A DNA stretch of 63,776 nucleotides, filler included, from Octopus bimaculoides (lineage: Eukaryota): NCBI RefSeq assembly GCF_001194135.2. It is 4 parts of 3 records of this genome, joined end to end, with 100 filler letters (N's around TTAATTAATTAA, not from the genome) between each part and the next. Parts side by side here need not be neighbours in the genome. Positions count along the whole stretch, not along the records: positions 1 to 27,642 come from NC_068993.1; positions 27,743 to 50,354 come from NC_068984.1; 2 more parts are not named here. The stretch is one strand, 5' to 3'. The position numbers were made by a program, and so were the translations under genes. The notes under the pieces are model-generated. The model saw only the letters and a list, made by a program, of their open reading frames with translations, ran no database searches and was not told where the DNA came from. Positions 26,261 to 39,891 of this stretch are shown here, one piece after another. Each line of letters opens with the position of its first letter. Position 1 is the first letter of the stretch.

Positions 26261-26732
26261 ATAACACCATTACGACTCCAGAAGAAATCTCGAATGAATG
26301 CCAATCAGAGAGAACTAATCTGAACGAATCGAAGAGAGCCAATATTTTGACAGTTAATCGATCGAGTCAACTTTTAAATTGAACACCCTGGGAAACTCAC
26401 TATGTATGCCATTTTTGGCTTCTGTCTCTAGACAATTCAATACACCTACGTAGTTAACCTCCCATACTAAGAAATCTATGAACGTCACATAATTTTGTTT
26501 CTCCCGTTTTGCGAAAGATATGTCATTTGATATCGGAAAATTTAAAAACAATGATTTCTTTGATTTGAGCGAGAGGTCTACATTTAGCTTTAGAAGTAGA
26601 TTTCAGGAGACACAATCGATCCGGTAGTGTTGGTCGGACAAAATGTGTGATATTTAATTATCGATTTCTAAGTTCTGAGTTCAAAAATTCAGGAATCGAT
26701 AAAAAAAAATGAAAAAAAAAAATGAAAAAAAT

Positions 26733-26880
26733 GCTGTTGTGGTTGCGTGGTGAGGAGTTTGCTTCGAAACATATGTTTCCGGGCTCACTCCCTTGACATG
26801 ACACCTTCTACTACAGTCTCGGGCTGATCGAAGCCTCGTGAGTAGATATAGTAGACGGAAACTGAAAGAAGCTCGTCGTA

Positions 26881-26940
<60 letters not shown>

Positions 26941-26979
26941 CATCCATCCATCCATCCCTCCATCCATCCATCCATCCAT

Positions 26980-27041
<62 letters not shown>

Positions 27042-27272
27042 GTGTGTGCGTGTGTGTGTGTGATTTTGAGATTGTTCCCCACCACTGCTTGACAACCGGC
27101 TTTGGTTTGTTTACATTTCCTTAACTAAGCGGTTCGACAAATGATACCGATAGAATAAGTGCCAGGTTTAAAGAAAGTACTTGAGTTGATTCGTTCGATT
27201 AAGACCCTTCAAGGTGGTGCTCCACATGACTGCGGTCCAATGACTGCAATCCAATGACTGAAACTAGTGGAA
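26733..27272 (+). mobile_element. SINE family B, full length, with internal (ATCT)/(ATCC)/(TG)
   Basis: Degenerate head, GACGGAAACTGAAAGAAGCTCGTCG, microsatellite, then tail ending ATGACTGAAAC. Confidence 0.85.
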
Positions 27273-27642
27273 GAATCCAAATACCGGAGCAGGTTTGATC
27301 TGCTATCGTCTCCCTCATGATATGCGTCTTTAAGTCAACGGTAGAAATCAATTACGAAGTGTAATGCTTACTGTGGCAGCATTTGAAATCGAGTCTTAAT
27401 AAATGCAACGAAGTAAAACACTGTCTAAATACTCATTTCACTAAGTCATTATTCCATCCAGCTCTTGTTTCTGCCAATATAACGACTGGTGTTATCAATG
27501 ATTTAATACTTTAATACTTTGCAGTCTCTCGGGGCTGTGGGTGTGGCATTCGATATGATAAATTGGGAGATTTGACGTTTCAGGAGAGAAGACTTGGTCG
27601 TTGAATAATTGTGTGGTTGCGTGTATGATGCATGTTTGTGTC

Positions 27643-27742
27643 NNNNNNNNNNNNNNNNNNNNNNNNNNNNNNNNNNNNNNNNNNNNTTAATTAATTAANN
27701 NNNNNNNNNNNNNNNNNNNNNNNNNNNNNNNNNNNNNNNNNN
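27643..27742. other. Artificial 100-bp scaffold linker N44-TTAATTAATTAA-N44
   Basis: Identical structure at 50355-50454 and 56567-56666. Confidence 0.95.
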
Positions 27743-28064
27743 TATATATATATATATATATATATATCGCGTATTGTCCTTGCCTTCAAAGCGCGGAGTA
27801 GATGGAACAGGGACAACTGATGAAGGGGTACACTCTTTATGTTGCATGTATCGTTTCTCTGTTTGTTTTCGTTGTTCGAAAAAAGTTCGTTTTCTGTTTT
27901 CGTTTCTCATTGTGTTTAAGGGTCTTTTTGTTTTTTGGGGTTTTTTATGTCCTGTACCCATATATGCATGTATGTATACATATAGATGTAGGTATGTACA
28001 TATATGTTTGGATATATGCATATATTTATATATTATTTATATTATAAATAGAAAGACAGACAGA

Positions 28065-28139
28065 AAACAGACGGATAGATAGATAAATAGATAGATAGAT
28101 AAATAGATAGATAGATAAATAGATAGATAGATAGATAAG

Positions 28140-28183
<44 letters not shown>

Positions 28184-28184
28184 C

Positions 28185-28227
<43 letters not shown>
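28065..28227. repeat. (GATA)n microsatellite
   Basis: Directly visible. Confidence 0.95.
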
Positions 28228-28495
28228 AAGCCATGTGTGTGTTGATATATATATAAATTTTTAACATCAAAACACGAAGTAGATGAAGCTATAAATGATA
28301 ACGTGAAAATATTGGGTTAAAAAAACCATTAGACAGAAAAAGTCGGAGGCTGATTGCAGGAGACGAACCCACATCCTTTATACCTCGATATTAGCGAGTT
28401 GTTCCTTACAGTTTAATCTTCTTTGTGTTTCATGTTCTCTCGAAGTTCCTAAATTCTCATGACGAAAACAATATGTATGTATGTATGTATAGATG

Positions 28496-28535
<40 letters not shown>

Positions 28536-28887
28536 TGAGAGAAATAGGGAAGAGATGCCAATTAGCAAAATCAATTTATGCGAAGAACGACAGCACAATT
28601 CAAATTGCACGTGTACTGAGGATGTTTTCAAAACGTTACGACATCGTCTCTCGATTATAGTTGTTGCTTATGCCAAGCAAATATGATATGCAACAAAATA
28701 CGTGATGTAAATAGCGATAGAGATAAACTAAGACTGCGGTAGACATACGTATAATAAATACAGATTCCTTGTAGAAGTAAATATATTTAGCAACCTAAGT
28801 CGAATAATGTATAATGGGTTATCGTATTTTCTCTCTCCTCTTAAATATGTGTGTGTGTAAATGAACACACACATATATATATATATA

Positions 28888-29075
28888 TATGCGCAGGAGT
28901 GGCTGTGTGGTAAGTAGCTTGCTTACCAGCCACATGGTACTGGCTTCAGTCCTACTGCGTGGCACCTTGAGCAACTGTCTTCTACTATAGCCTCGGGCCG
29001 ACCAAAGCCTTGTGAGTGGATTTGCTAGACGGAAACCGAAAGAAGCCTGTCGTATATGCGTGTGTGAGTGTGTGT
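28888..29075 (+). mobile_element. SINE family B 5' half
   Basis: GCGCAGGAGTGGCTGTGTGGTAAG..GCGTGGCACCTTGAGCAACTGTCTTCTAC..GGAAACCGAAAGAAGCC. Confidence 0.88.
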
Positions 29076-29267
29076 GTCATGAAAGCAAATATTGACGATT
29101 ATACATTCAACTATATGAATGTATACTCATCTCCATACCTACATGTACATATATACGAATCTATCTTCTTCTTCTCCCTCTCCCTTTCTCTCTCTATCTC
29201 TCTCTCTCCCTCTCTATCTCTCTCACTCTCTCTCTCTCTCTCTCTCTCTCGCTCTCTCTCTCGCTGC

Positions 29268-29303
<36 letters not shown>

Positions 29304-29351
29304 CTAGACAGATATCTATGTATGTATTTACGGACGCACGCACCTGAGTAA

Positions 29352-29382
<31 letters not shown>

Positions 29383-29877
29383 CTTACATATCTTGGTATG
29401 TATTTACGGATGCATGCACCTGAGTATGTGTGTATGTCTGTGTGTGTGTGATGTGTGTATGTGTGTACACATGTATATCATGTAACATACTTTCGGAGAT
29501 GAGAAAGAAACAAGATTGTAATCTAATACCAGTAATCGGCTTCGTGCCTGGTCGAAATATATCAATATTTAAGTGGTGCTATTTGTAACATGTCCAAAAT
29601 GTACAAACTATGTTATAAAAATAAACACATATTACTGAGAGAAACCTAATCCAGATAGAACGCTCGGTGGATAGAATGCCTCCTGGGTAGATACCATTTT
29701 AAACGTTTTAATGCAGTTGCTTCGCTGTATATGTTTCCCACAAGATGTACTCCCCACCCTAATCATAGCTGTGGTTCCTTGTTGCTGTATGTGAGCAATT
29801 ACGAGCGGTTTGTGGCTCGTTTATTTCAGTAAGTATTATCATACATTCAATACGAACCGATAGGTTTTGTACCTTTA

Positions 29878-30065
29878 AGGCGGGTGAACTGGCAGAACCG
29901 TTAGCACGCCAAACAAGATGCTTAGTAGCATTTCGTCCGTCGTAACGTTCTGAGTTCAAATTCCGTCCAAATCGACTTAGCATTTCATCCTATCGAGAAC
30001 GACAAAATAAGTACCGGTTGATCACTGGGGTTGATGCAAACGACTTGCACCCTCCCAAATTTGAA
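29878..30065 (+). mobile_element. SINE family A copy
   Basis: TAAGGCGGGTGAACTGGCAGAACCGTTAG..GAGTTCAAATTCC. Confidence 0.85.
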
Positions 30066-30107
30066 GTCAAGATACCTTTTATCTTCTGTTTCAGTCATTG
30101 GAATGTG

Positions 30108-30445
30108 AAGACGCATGGCTCAGTGGTTAGACCGTCGAGCTTACGATCGTGAGGGTATGAGTTCGATTCCCGGAACGGGCTGCATGCTGTGTTTTTGAGC
30201 AAGACTCTTTATTTTACGTTGTTCCAGTTCACTCAGCTGTAGAAATGAGTTGCGACATCACTGGTGTCAAGATGTATCGGCCCCTTTGCCTTTCCCTTGG
30301 ATAACACTGGTGGCGTGGAGAGGGGAGTCCGGTATGCATGGGCGACTGCTGGTCTTCCACAAACAACCTTACCCAGACTTGTGTCTCGGAGGGTATCTAT
30401 CTAGGTGCAATCCCATGGTCATTCTTGACCGAAGGGGGTCTCCTC
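30108..30445 (+). mobile_element. tRNA-derived SINE family E (V-domain-like centre)
   Basis: A-box TGGCTCAGTGG, B-box GAGTTCGATTCC, then TTGAGCAAGACT..CCAGTTCACTCAGCTG, shared with copies at 32215, 39660 and 47620. Confidence 0.75.
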
Positions 30446-30539
30446 CAGTCATTGAACTGCGGTCATGTTGGAAGGGTTTGGGTCGAAGAAATCAAACCCG
30501 GTAATTTTATTTTATCTGCTGTCTTTTCTATGATTCAGT

Positions 30540-30820
30540 CATTACACTATAACCATTCTGGGGCAACACCTCGAAGAATATTTAGTTGAATGAATCGATC
30601 TCAGTACCTATTCTATCGCTAAGTTACGGGGACGTAAACACAACAACACTGGTTGTCAATGGCGGTGGACAACAAACACAGACACAAACACACACAAATA
30701 TATATATTTATATGTGTGTGTGTGTATGTGTGTGTGTGTATTTAAGTACACACGACGGATTCCTTACAGTTTTCTTGTTACAAGTCGACTTCCAAGGGTT
30801 TGGTCAGCCCGAGGCTATGG
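30540..30820 (-). mobile_element. SINE family B, 5'-truncated
   Basis: Reverse complement of the family B body, microsatellite and tail. Confidence 0.8.
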
Positions 30821-30824
30821 TTGA

Positions 30825-31368
30825 ATCATTAGCACGTCGGGAAAATGGTAGCAGCATTTCTTTTGCTTCATGTTTCAAGTTCAAATGCCGCTGGGGTCGA
30901 ATTAGCACTTCATCATTTCGAGGTCGATAAATTAAGTACCAGTTGAACACTGAGGTCGACGTAACTTAGTCCCTCCACCGAAATTACTGGCCTGGTGCCA
31001 AACTTTGACATCAATATATGTAATCATGTCTCAGTACATTCAGAGTTCAAATTTCACCAGAGTCTGCAGTTTTAAAGGCAAATGTGCCAATCAAGACCAG
31101 CTCCCTTTCTCCAAAGTGCTGTCGTGTTCATATTATTATTACAACTAAGTCGGCGAGCAAGCAGAATCGTTAGCGCGCTGGATAAAATGCTTAACGGTAT
31201 TTCGCCCGTCGCTACGTTCTGAATTCAAATTCCGCCGAGGTCGACTTGGCCTTTCAGCCTTTCGGAGTCGATAAATTAAGTACCAGTGAAACACTGGGGT
31301 CGATGTAATCGACTTATCCCCTCCCCACAAAATGGCTGCCCTTGTGGCAAAATTTAAAACCATTATTA
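30825..31368 (+). mobile_element. Two SINE family A copies (30825-31015 and 31146-31368)
   Basis: Family A motifs; the second copy is near-complete with an ATTATT tail. Confidence 0.85.
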
Positions 31369-32214
31369 CAGCTCACCTACTATGATCATATTTTCCCATA
31401 AACATGTAAGCTAATATCTGGTAAAGTTCAGTGAAGCAAAGCCATATTTGAGACTCCACGACCTGACAAGTATTAGAACAAGATATTACTCTTGTACTTT
31501 CAACACACTTCAGCTGGTAATATAGAATGTAGCTAAACTCTGAGAATTTTATGAAACTTTCTATTTTCTAAATTGCTGATAAAGAATTTCAGATTAGCTT
31601 TAAATGAAGCCAATTTTCATAGAAATCTTGATTCGAATGGTGAGAGTTACACGTAATAATCTCTTTGTTTACGTCTGATATAATATAGCGTTTTGCAAAT
31701 TGTTTATATCTGAAAGTACTTAAATATATTTATAACATTTGTAAGCACGTATATAGGTGTAGAGACAATGCATAAACATAATAGTAGGTGTGTATTATGT
31801 ATCATTATATTGCTGTATGTATGTGTTCCTGTGAGGTTGAACGAGTCTGTGTGTGTTTTCTAAAAACATAGAATAGATATTTCTTGAAGCACTTCCGCTT
31901 ATATATTTATTATTCATTCTGACCCGCAGATAATATTAGAAGATGTATCTAATGTAATATCTTTACCTCGTTATATGTAAAAATTTATAATTATCTGCAC
32001 AAAAAATATCGTTATGTATGTAAACGTAATAATCATCTAATATTAGAAAGACACACTTGATGAGTCGATAGCTGGAGGAAAATGCGACTGCGATGTGAAT
32101 GGTTTCTATACAGGAATAGCAGTCTCTAGCGGTCTCTGTAGCCAAGATAATTAATTAGTTTAACTTCACTTAGATGCAAATGCTTAACCTCAAAGAGTAA
32201 ACGAGAGTAGTGTT

Positions 32215-32470
32215 GTAGCTGTGAGGGGTGTGACGCGGCGAATAGAATGCTGCAGTCGCAATCGTAAACTCGTAGTTTCGATTCTCGAACCAGATAGTAC
32301 AGTGTTTCTTGAACAAGGACCTTAATGTCATGTTGCTTAAGCCGACCCAGCTGTAAATGAGTCCTAGTAATAACTGGAGAGTTAATCTTGCGATGAACCG
32401 GCGTCCCGTTCAGGGGGTAACGTTGTAACCTCCGTCATTTATACGAAACGGAAACCGTGTTAGAGTCCGA
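32215..32470 (+). mobile_element. Degenerate SINE family E copy
   Basis: GTTTCGATTCTC B-box-like segment, TTGAACAAGGACCTTAA, CCCAGCTGTAAATGAG, GCGATGAACCGGCGTCCCGTTCAGGGG. Confidence 0.6.
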
Positions 32471-32829
32471 CCTAATGAGGCATAACATTCATCACAGACC
32501 TAAGGATTGTACATGCTTTGTCATGGACCCGCAGCTCCCTAACAAAACCATATGGGCGCCATATTCACATATGGGCCAGATTAAAAAGTTCCCTATATAA
32601 ATCAATGAGTACGGAGACTATTTTTTATTACTTATCAAGAACTTTTCTTTACAATTTATATGAAATTCTCAAACCAGTTGTTTTCACATCTGTTGCAGAA
32701 ATTATGTTTCTTATGAAGAGACCTAGCAGATGATTATATCACATTTTTCCTCCACCGACTGGTGAGCTCAGTGATTGGGCTCTTTAGTCACTTTTTCGTC
32801 TCCCATATCTTCTGGCAGATAACTGTTAG

Positions 32830-33252
32830 TGTTTTGGTAAGCTTTAGATAAGAACTTGTTTCAGCACAAGTGCTTTTGAAGTATGCTATACATTCTGTAC
32901 ACAGGAGCACAAAACGAACGGGTTTTTCGGGCTGTAAGTCAACAAATACGCTGGCAAACACAGAACCCAGCCCCTGCATAGGTAAAAAACACAAAATCTT
33001 GCCTGGTACAGTCATGTATCCCACCTCAACTCTTTGTCCAAAACAATTTTTCCCAGTTGAAGGAGAGCGAGGGAGAGACAGAATGAGAAAATCTTGGTTT
33101 GACAACATCAAGGACAGGAGCGGTTACAAGCCTATGAGCCCACTACGCATGACAGAGAAAAGAGGCCAGGGATGACAGCTGACTACGAAAGCATCTAGAG
33201 TGGTACACCAATTACTGGTTGCATCAGTTAAGGGATTTTGACGATGATGATG
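32830..33252 (+). mobile_element. RTE-clade LINE 3' end with (GAT)n tail
   Basis: AFEVCY..EHKTN..LAWYSHVSHLNSLSKTI..VEGERGRDRMRKSWFDNIK matches the RTE C-terminal consensus WYGHV.R..SL.KTI.QG.VEG.R.RGR.RKSW.DNI. Confidence 0.85.
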
Positions 33253-34010
33253 TATTCGTGTATATTTCTAAGGATTTGGTTTGATGTAGTCTACCATTAA
33301 TGTGACTAATATCTAATATATACATATATATACGGAGAGATAGTGAGTGTTGGTGAGAGATTTATAAAGCGTGTGAGAGAGGCAGAGAGATAAGATTGCA
33401 TAGACATAACAATCAGTAAAGGTATATGTAAGGAAGAAACAATTATACAAGAAAAACAGATGTAGACAGATTCGTTAAGACACAATTAATCGGCGGACAT
33501 TTTGTTCACCACAACAATGTATGCTGATTGTCATAAGTAAATAAATGTCTAGACTGTTTACACAAACATGTTATTTCCGGTATAGACAAATTAGAAAAAA
33601 TATAAATGCTACGGATAAATACTATTTTAATTACGGTAGTTTTTGGAGTTATTGAGGGCGTAAATTGACCCCTTAATAACCATTACATTCAGGTCTTTCT
33701 GACCCAAAGCAGTAGTACCAGTAAGGGTCCCGCACTTGGGTTAAATAGATTTCCCGGGGCTAGAGCAAGCAACCGTTGTTTTTGTTAAGTCCTCGGTGAA
33801 AGCAGCTCTTGTAGGAGAAAGAAACTCTGATATACAAATTGCAGTCCAAGTAGTGACAGTCATGTTGCGATGCTTGTCAATGGAACGCACTATGGCGACC
33901 GACTGAGTGGTAAAAGCGTTGTACAAGCTTCTTGTCACTTAAACCCAATAACAGACTTCTCACTATCACTTCAAATGTGAGATGGTTACNNNNNNNNNNN
34001 NNNNNNNNNN

Positions 34011-34065
<55 letters not shown>

Positions 34066-34540
34066 TACACACATACATTTTTAGAAATAATATATGTCGG
34101 AATAATAATATGTCGGAATAATAATATGTCAGAGATAAAAGAATTCATTTAACATATGCGTATTACTCCATTTATTAAATTATATATATATATATACTCT
34201 TATATAAATAAGGATAAGATCGAACACTAGGTAAAGTACAATAGTTACAGGGAGAGGGAGAGAGGGCGAAAGAACGAGAGAGAGAGAGAGAGAAATGCGG
34301 AAAGAGCGGGAGTGAGAGATAGAGACAGACAGACAGACAGATAGACCGACAGGCAGACAGACAGACAAACGGATACACCCCAACAGGCATATTTACAAGG
34401 AAAGATTGATAGTCGGAGTTATCAAAGCATGGCTGATGGTCGGCTTCGTCTCAGTCTATCAAAGAAGATGACCATCGGCGAACATTTAAACTCGTCAACT
34501 TTTGCAATGTATACTCATCCCTCTATATACATCCACACCC

Positions 34541-34585
<45 letters not shown>

Positions 34586-34708
34586 TGTGTGTATGTGGGC
34601 GTCGTGTATTTGTGTGTCAGAGTATGTGCGTATGTGAGTATATACATATATACATATATATAAATATATATATATATATATATGTGTCCTTATATATATA
34701 AATATATA

Positions 34709-34742
<34 letters not shown>

Positions 34743-35133
34743 NNNNNNNNNNNNNNNNNNNNNNNNNNNNNNNNNNNNNNNNNNNNNNNNNNNNNNNNNN
34801 NNNNNNNNNNNNNNNNNNNNNNNNNNNNNNNNNNNNNNNNNNNNNNNNNNNNNNNNNNNNNNNNNNNNNNNNNNNNNNNNNNNNNNNNNNNNNNNNNNNN
34901 NNNNNNNNNNNNNNNNNNNNNNNNNNNNNNNNNNNNNNNNNNNNNNNNNNNNNNNNNNNNNNNNNNNNNNNNNNNNNNNNNNNNNNNNNNNNNNNNNNNN
35001 NNNNNNNNNNNNNNNNNNNNNNNNNNNNNNNNNNNNNNNNNNNNNNNNNNNNNNNNNNNNNNNNNNNNNNNNNNNNNNNNNNNNNNNNNNNNNNNNNNNN
35101 NNNNNNNNNNNNNNNNNNNNNNNNNNNNNNNNN

Positions 35134-35187
<54 letters not shown>

Positions 35188-35689
35188 ACATATATATATA
35201 TATCAGTGACGTACAGTGACTTTTGAGGTTGGTCATTCAGCTGAATCATATATTTGAAATTATTTCATTAAGAGAAACCATTTAGTTTCGTAACATGGCC
35301 CCCGGGGATCGCTGTTTAATAAGTCTAAAATAAAAGAAAGACGTCCAAAATATTATTCACTTCCATCATTTATCAATCGATTCCATTCTTCGATCGTTAT
35401 ATATTTATTACATATTCGCAGAAACCTTTTGTTTTAATTAATTATTGGAGGAAATCATTTGTAATTGATAGAGGTTCTTAACCCTAAAATTAATTCCTCT
35501 GCTATTGAATTACTTTGGTAAGCTTTAATTCTCCTCCATGCCGAAATGACCGCTCTACAGAGTGAGGTGCTGAAGGAATTGGTAAAATTAGGTTTCAAGC
35601 ATTGAACTATTCTGGCATAACTTCTATAAGATCATAATATTTTGTATCACATACTCGCTACTTTTTAAAATCTTCCATCGAAAATCTTT

Positions 35690-35960
35690 TATCTCTTACT
35701 TGTTGCACTTATTAGACATGCGGCCATACTGGGGCACCGCTTTGAAGGATTTTAGTCGAACGAATCGACTTTGTTCATATTTTTGTTTTTGTTTTTTCTG
35801 TATTGTTTTGTTTTGGGTTTTTTGTTTTGTTTTTTTTTTGTAAAGCCTGGTACTCATTCTATCTGTTTGTCGAACCGCTGAGTTAAGGGGACGTAAACGC
35901 ACCAACACCGGTTGCCAAGCGGTTGGGGGGAGGACAAAAATAGAGACACGCACACGCACA
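35690..35960 (-). mobile_element. SINE family B 3' half
   Basis: Reverse complement of the family B tail (GCGGTGCCCCAGTATGGCCGCA). Confidence 0.8.
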
Positions 35961-36119
35961 CATAAACACATCCACGCACACAGACACACATATACATATA
36001 CATACATGTATGGAGGTGACGGGTTTATTTCAGTTTAGCCCCGAAACGATCATTCCTAATGATTTAGAGAAAGAGATGAATAACTGAATAAAAAGTCTCT
36101 TTCATTTAACCCTTCAATA

Positions 36120-36490
36120 TAGGCGCATGCATGGTTGTGTGGCCACATGGTTCCGGGCTCAGTCCCATTCCATGGCACCTTCGGCAAGTGTCTTCCACAA
36201 AAGCCTCGTCCCGACAAAAGCCTTGTGGGTGGATTTGGTAGAAGGAAACTACAAGAAGCCCGTTGTATATATAAATGTATATGTATATATTTATGTTTGT
36301 GTGTCTTTGCGTCTGTTTTTTCCCCCACCCCCATTCCCGTTACCCCAGGACAACCGGGGTTGATGTGTTTACGTCTCCTAAGTTAGCGGTTCGGTGCAAA
36401 TGAGACCGACAGAATAAATACTAGGCTCGAAAAGTAAGTCCTGAAGTCGATTTGTTCGATTAAAACCCTTCAAATGACTGAAACAAGTAA
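36120..36490 (+). mobile_element. SINE family B copy
   Basis: AGGCGCATGCATGGTTGTGTGG..GGCACCTTCGGCAAGTGTCTT..ATGACTGAAACAAGTAAAAGA. Confidence 0.85.
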
Positions 36491-36953
36491 AAGAGTACCA
36501 TTTGAGAACTGGAAGTGAAGGGGGTCAATGAAATCGACTTACCCACTCCCTCGAAATTGTTCGCCTTGTGCTAAAATTCGAAACCATTATTACTAGTAGC
36601 ATCATCATCATCATCATTATTATTAGTTGAATACTAATTTACTGTTTTTGACGGCAGAAGTGCAAGATAATTCGTTTTGATTTTTGTCAGTGACTATCAT
36701 TTTAAACGCCTTAAAATTATTAAAGACATGCCGTTATTAATTGATTGGTTATTTGAAATATGGCATCATCGCATGCACTGCTAGACATCAATTACGCATG
36801 CGTTTAATTTGCAAAAACAAAAATTGCAAATACGGTAAAGAAACTTCAAGAATGACACTGAACTTCTGAAACCAAAACATCTTCAGGTGATATCAACGTG
36901 GATTGAAGTTATTTTCGGAATTTACAAATTAAACTTGCAAACCATTCTGGAAC

Positions 36954-37785
36954 TATCAGGTCATCCCGTAAGTTCTGTCCGATTTCACCTTTTTTTAAAA
37001 TTGAATGAAATTTCATAATATTTTAGAATGTCTAATGGAATTAAAAATTACTTTTATGCATTTGTGTACATTTAAACTAATTAAATATTATTTTACAGAA
37101 TAATAGAATCAAAATTTCTTTGATTAAAACCCTTTCTAACATGGAAGTAAGGAGCATTTAAGGCACATAATGCTTTATGAGTACAAATAAGGAAACTCTG
37201 CAGCCGAAGTGACTCGAAACATCCACTCAGTTTATGGGAAAGAATGCTTGAATGAAAGAACTTGCAGAAGATGATTTGAAAAATTCAGAAGTGGAGATTT
37301 CAGCCTTGAAGATGAAGATGGAACAGGACGTCCAGTGGAGTTTGATAATAACATCCTTGGGGTATTACTTGAAGAAAATCCTGCATTATCAGTTGACGAA
37401 TTGGCAATAAAGCTTAGTTTAAACCATGCAACTGTTCATCGTCATCTTCAACAACTTGGAAAGATTCCCAAACTTGAAAAATGGGTGCCTCATGAATTGT
37501 CCGAAAGCAACCGCAAATCCCCAGTTGACATCTGCTCTTCTTTCCATTCTCGCGAACTCATTTCACCCTTTTTGGATAGACTTGTGACTGGTGACGAAAA
37601 CCGGATCTTCTATCGAAATGTTAAACGTTGTAAATAGTGGCTTGGTAAAATGGAAAAAGTTCAACCACAACCGAGAAGGGAATTTCATGGGTGAAATGTT
37701 CTTCTCTCTATCTGGTGGGATTGCAAGGGAGTAATTCACTTTGAATTGTTACCCCCAAATGCAACAATCAATGCAACAATCAATG
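36954..37785 (+). mobile_element. mariner (DD34D-type) element, 5' part, 3'-truncated pseudogene
   Basis: TA plus TCAGGTCATCCCGTAAGTTCTGTCCG TIR-like start. Transposase from 37141: HLRHIMLYEYK*GNSAAE..FRSGDFSLED..GRP..WVPHEL..LVTGDE..WWDCKGVIHFELL, with stops. Confidence 0.92.
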
Positions 37786-37949
37786 TGCTAGTGTGCAAAC
37801 ACAGCTCCTAGTTAATTAAAATAATCGACTGCATTTAATATTTTTCTGCAAAATGTAGTAAGGGTGAGTTCTTAAAACGGCATTCATTGAAAGGGAGCAC
37901 AGTGCTCGAAATGTCAGGGAGATAGCGGTTTACGCGGGTGTATGAACTA

Positions 37950-38140
37950 CTACAACTGTCTACCACATCTCGCTCTGATCACGTTCATCATTCTTTAAAA
38001 ACAAGGGAAGGACACACTTGATAAAATTGTCTTGGATACACTTTGATAGGTAAATTAAAAGAAATGATTAAAGCTTAAAAGCCCATGTTACATAATTCGA
38101 TTGATAACGGCTGGCCTGGGATTAAAAAACAACAACGATA
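37950..38140 (+). mobile_element. Interspersed repeat family D copy
   Basis: GGAAGGACACACTTGATAA..GGCTGGCCTGGGATTAAAAAACAACAAC. Confidence 0.45.
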
Positions 38141-39414
38141 GACAGTTGTTTTAATCTGATAATCTACTTGGTGTTATTTGGAAATGACGAATTTGACCAG
38201 CAAGTTACGTATAAGAAACTCTTATCTACAAGTTACGATGTTTCAAATGTTGATTTACCTTCAACAGCGCGAGACATGGTAATACAGAAGAGGCTTGATA
38301 TTGATGTATGATGCAATTTTCCAGTTGTCTGTAAGTGATGTACCATTTGACATATCATCGTGACTCGTATTTATATATCCTTAAAAAGATATTTAAATCG
38401 ATTTAGTTTAAAGTCTGTAGCTAACTTCCGCTGCCAAACAGAGATAAATATGTATTGATAAATTGTATTGGAGAGAACAGAAACAGAGAGAAACAGAGAG
38501 AAACAGAGAGACAGATAGGGATTCAGACTGAGAGAATAAAAGTGGAACTGTGAGAATAGATACAAAAGTATAAACCAGGCAGAAATCATTATACGGGGAC
38601 GTAGACGTGAATAGGTTCCCTAAGACACATTGAATCAACAGACATTTTGTATAGAACAACTAAGCTGAGGGCGATAAGTAAATATTCATGTTGTTTACAT
38701 AAACAAGTAATTTCCTGCTGAGACTGATTCGGGGATATCAAATATCGGCAAAATAATTCATGATATTTTACTAACTAGCTCTGGAGACACACACACGCGC
38801 GCATGTACACGCATATACAGCTACATTCACTCACACTATACATAGATATAACAATTTATTTATGTTCATATTTATAGATGTTATTTCAACACATATATAT
38901 GTGTGTGTATGCATGTATATATATATATATATATATNNNNNNNNNNNNNNNNNNNNNNNNNNNNNNNNNNNNNNNNNNNNNNNNNNNNNNNNNNNNNNNN
39001 NNNNNNNNNNNNNNNNNNNNNNNNNNNNNNNNNNNNNNNNNNNNNNNNNNNNNNNNNNNNNNNNNNNNNNNNNNNNNNNNNNNNNNNNNNNNNNNNNNNN
39101 NNNNNNNNNNNNNNNNNNNNNNNNNNNNNNNNNNNNNNNNNNNNNNNNNNNNNNNNNNNNNNNNNNNNNNNNNNNNNNNNNNNNNNNNNNNNNNNNNNNN
39201 NNNNNNNNNNNNNNNNNNNNNNNNNNNNNNNNNNNNNNNNNNNNNNNNNNNNNNNNNNNNNNNNNNNNNNNNNNNNNNNNNNNNNNNNNNNNNNNNNNNN
39301 NNNNNNNNNNNNNNNNNNNNNNNNNNNNNNNNNNNNNNNNNNNNNNNNNNNNNNNNNNNNNNNNNNNNNNNNNNNNNNNNNNNNNNNNNNNNNNNNNNNN
39401 NNNNNNNNTATATA

Positions 39415-39450
<36 letters not shown>

Positions 39451-39659
39451 TATATACGCGCGCGTGTGTGTGTGCTCGCTTGTGTATGTGTGTGTTTGAT
39501 TGGCATGAACGAGTGAGAAAGATAGAATGATGCAGCCATCAGTTAGAATACAGGATACTTTGGTATCAGCTCTTAACTTGATTTCACTAATGGCTTCCAG
39601 TAAATTCTCTCAATAACCGTGGGCTTTGCCGACTGATCGTGCAAGAGTTCACTCTGAAC

Positions 39660-39800
39660 GGAAAGCTTCATCTAGCGCTATTATACGCTACCAAATGAGT
39701 GAGTTGAAAGAACGTAGAATGGAGTGCCTTGCTCAAGGACGTAAAACGTTGATCGAACAGAGAGCCGAACTTATGACCTAATGATCAGGATCAGTCAAAC
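39660..39800 (-). mobile_element. Degenerate SINE family E copy
   Basis: Plus strand GAGTGCCTTGCTCAAGGAC, the reverse complement of the TTGAGCAAGGCAC motif. Confidence 0.55.
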
Positions 39801-39828
39801 CACTTAAGAGCATGTAACTTCACTATAT

Positions 39829-39891
<63 letters not shown>

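Noticed and set aside
38235-38280. CTGTTGA..GAAACATC hammerhead-like string (minus)
   Set aside because: No convincing stems and a mutated core.
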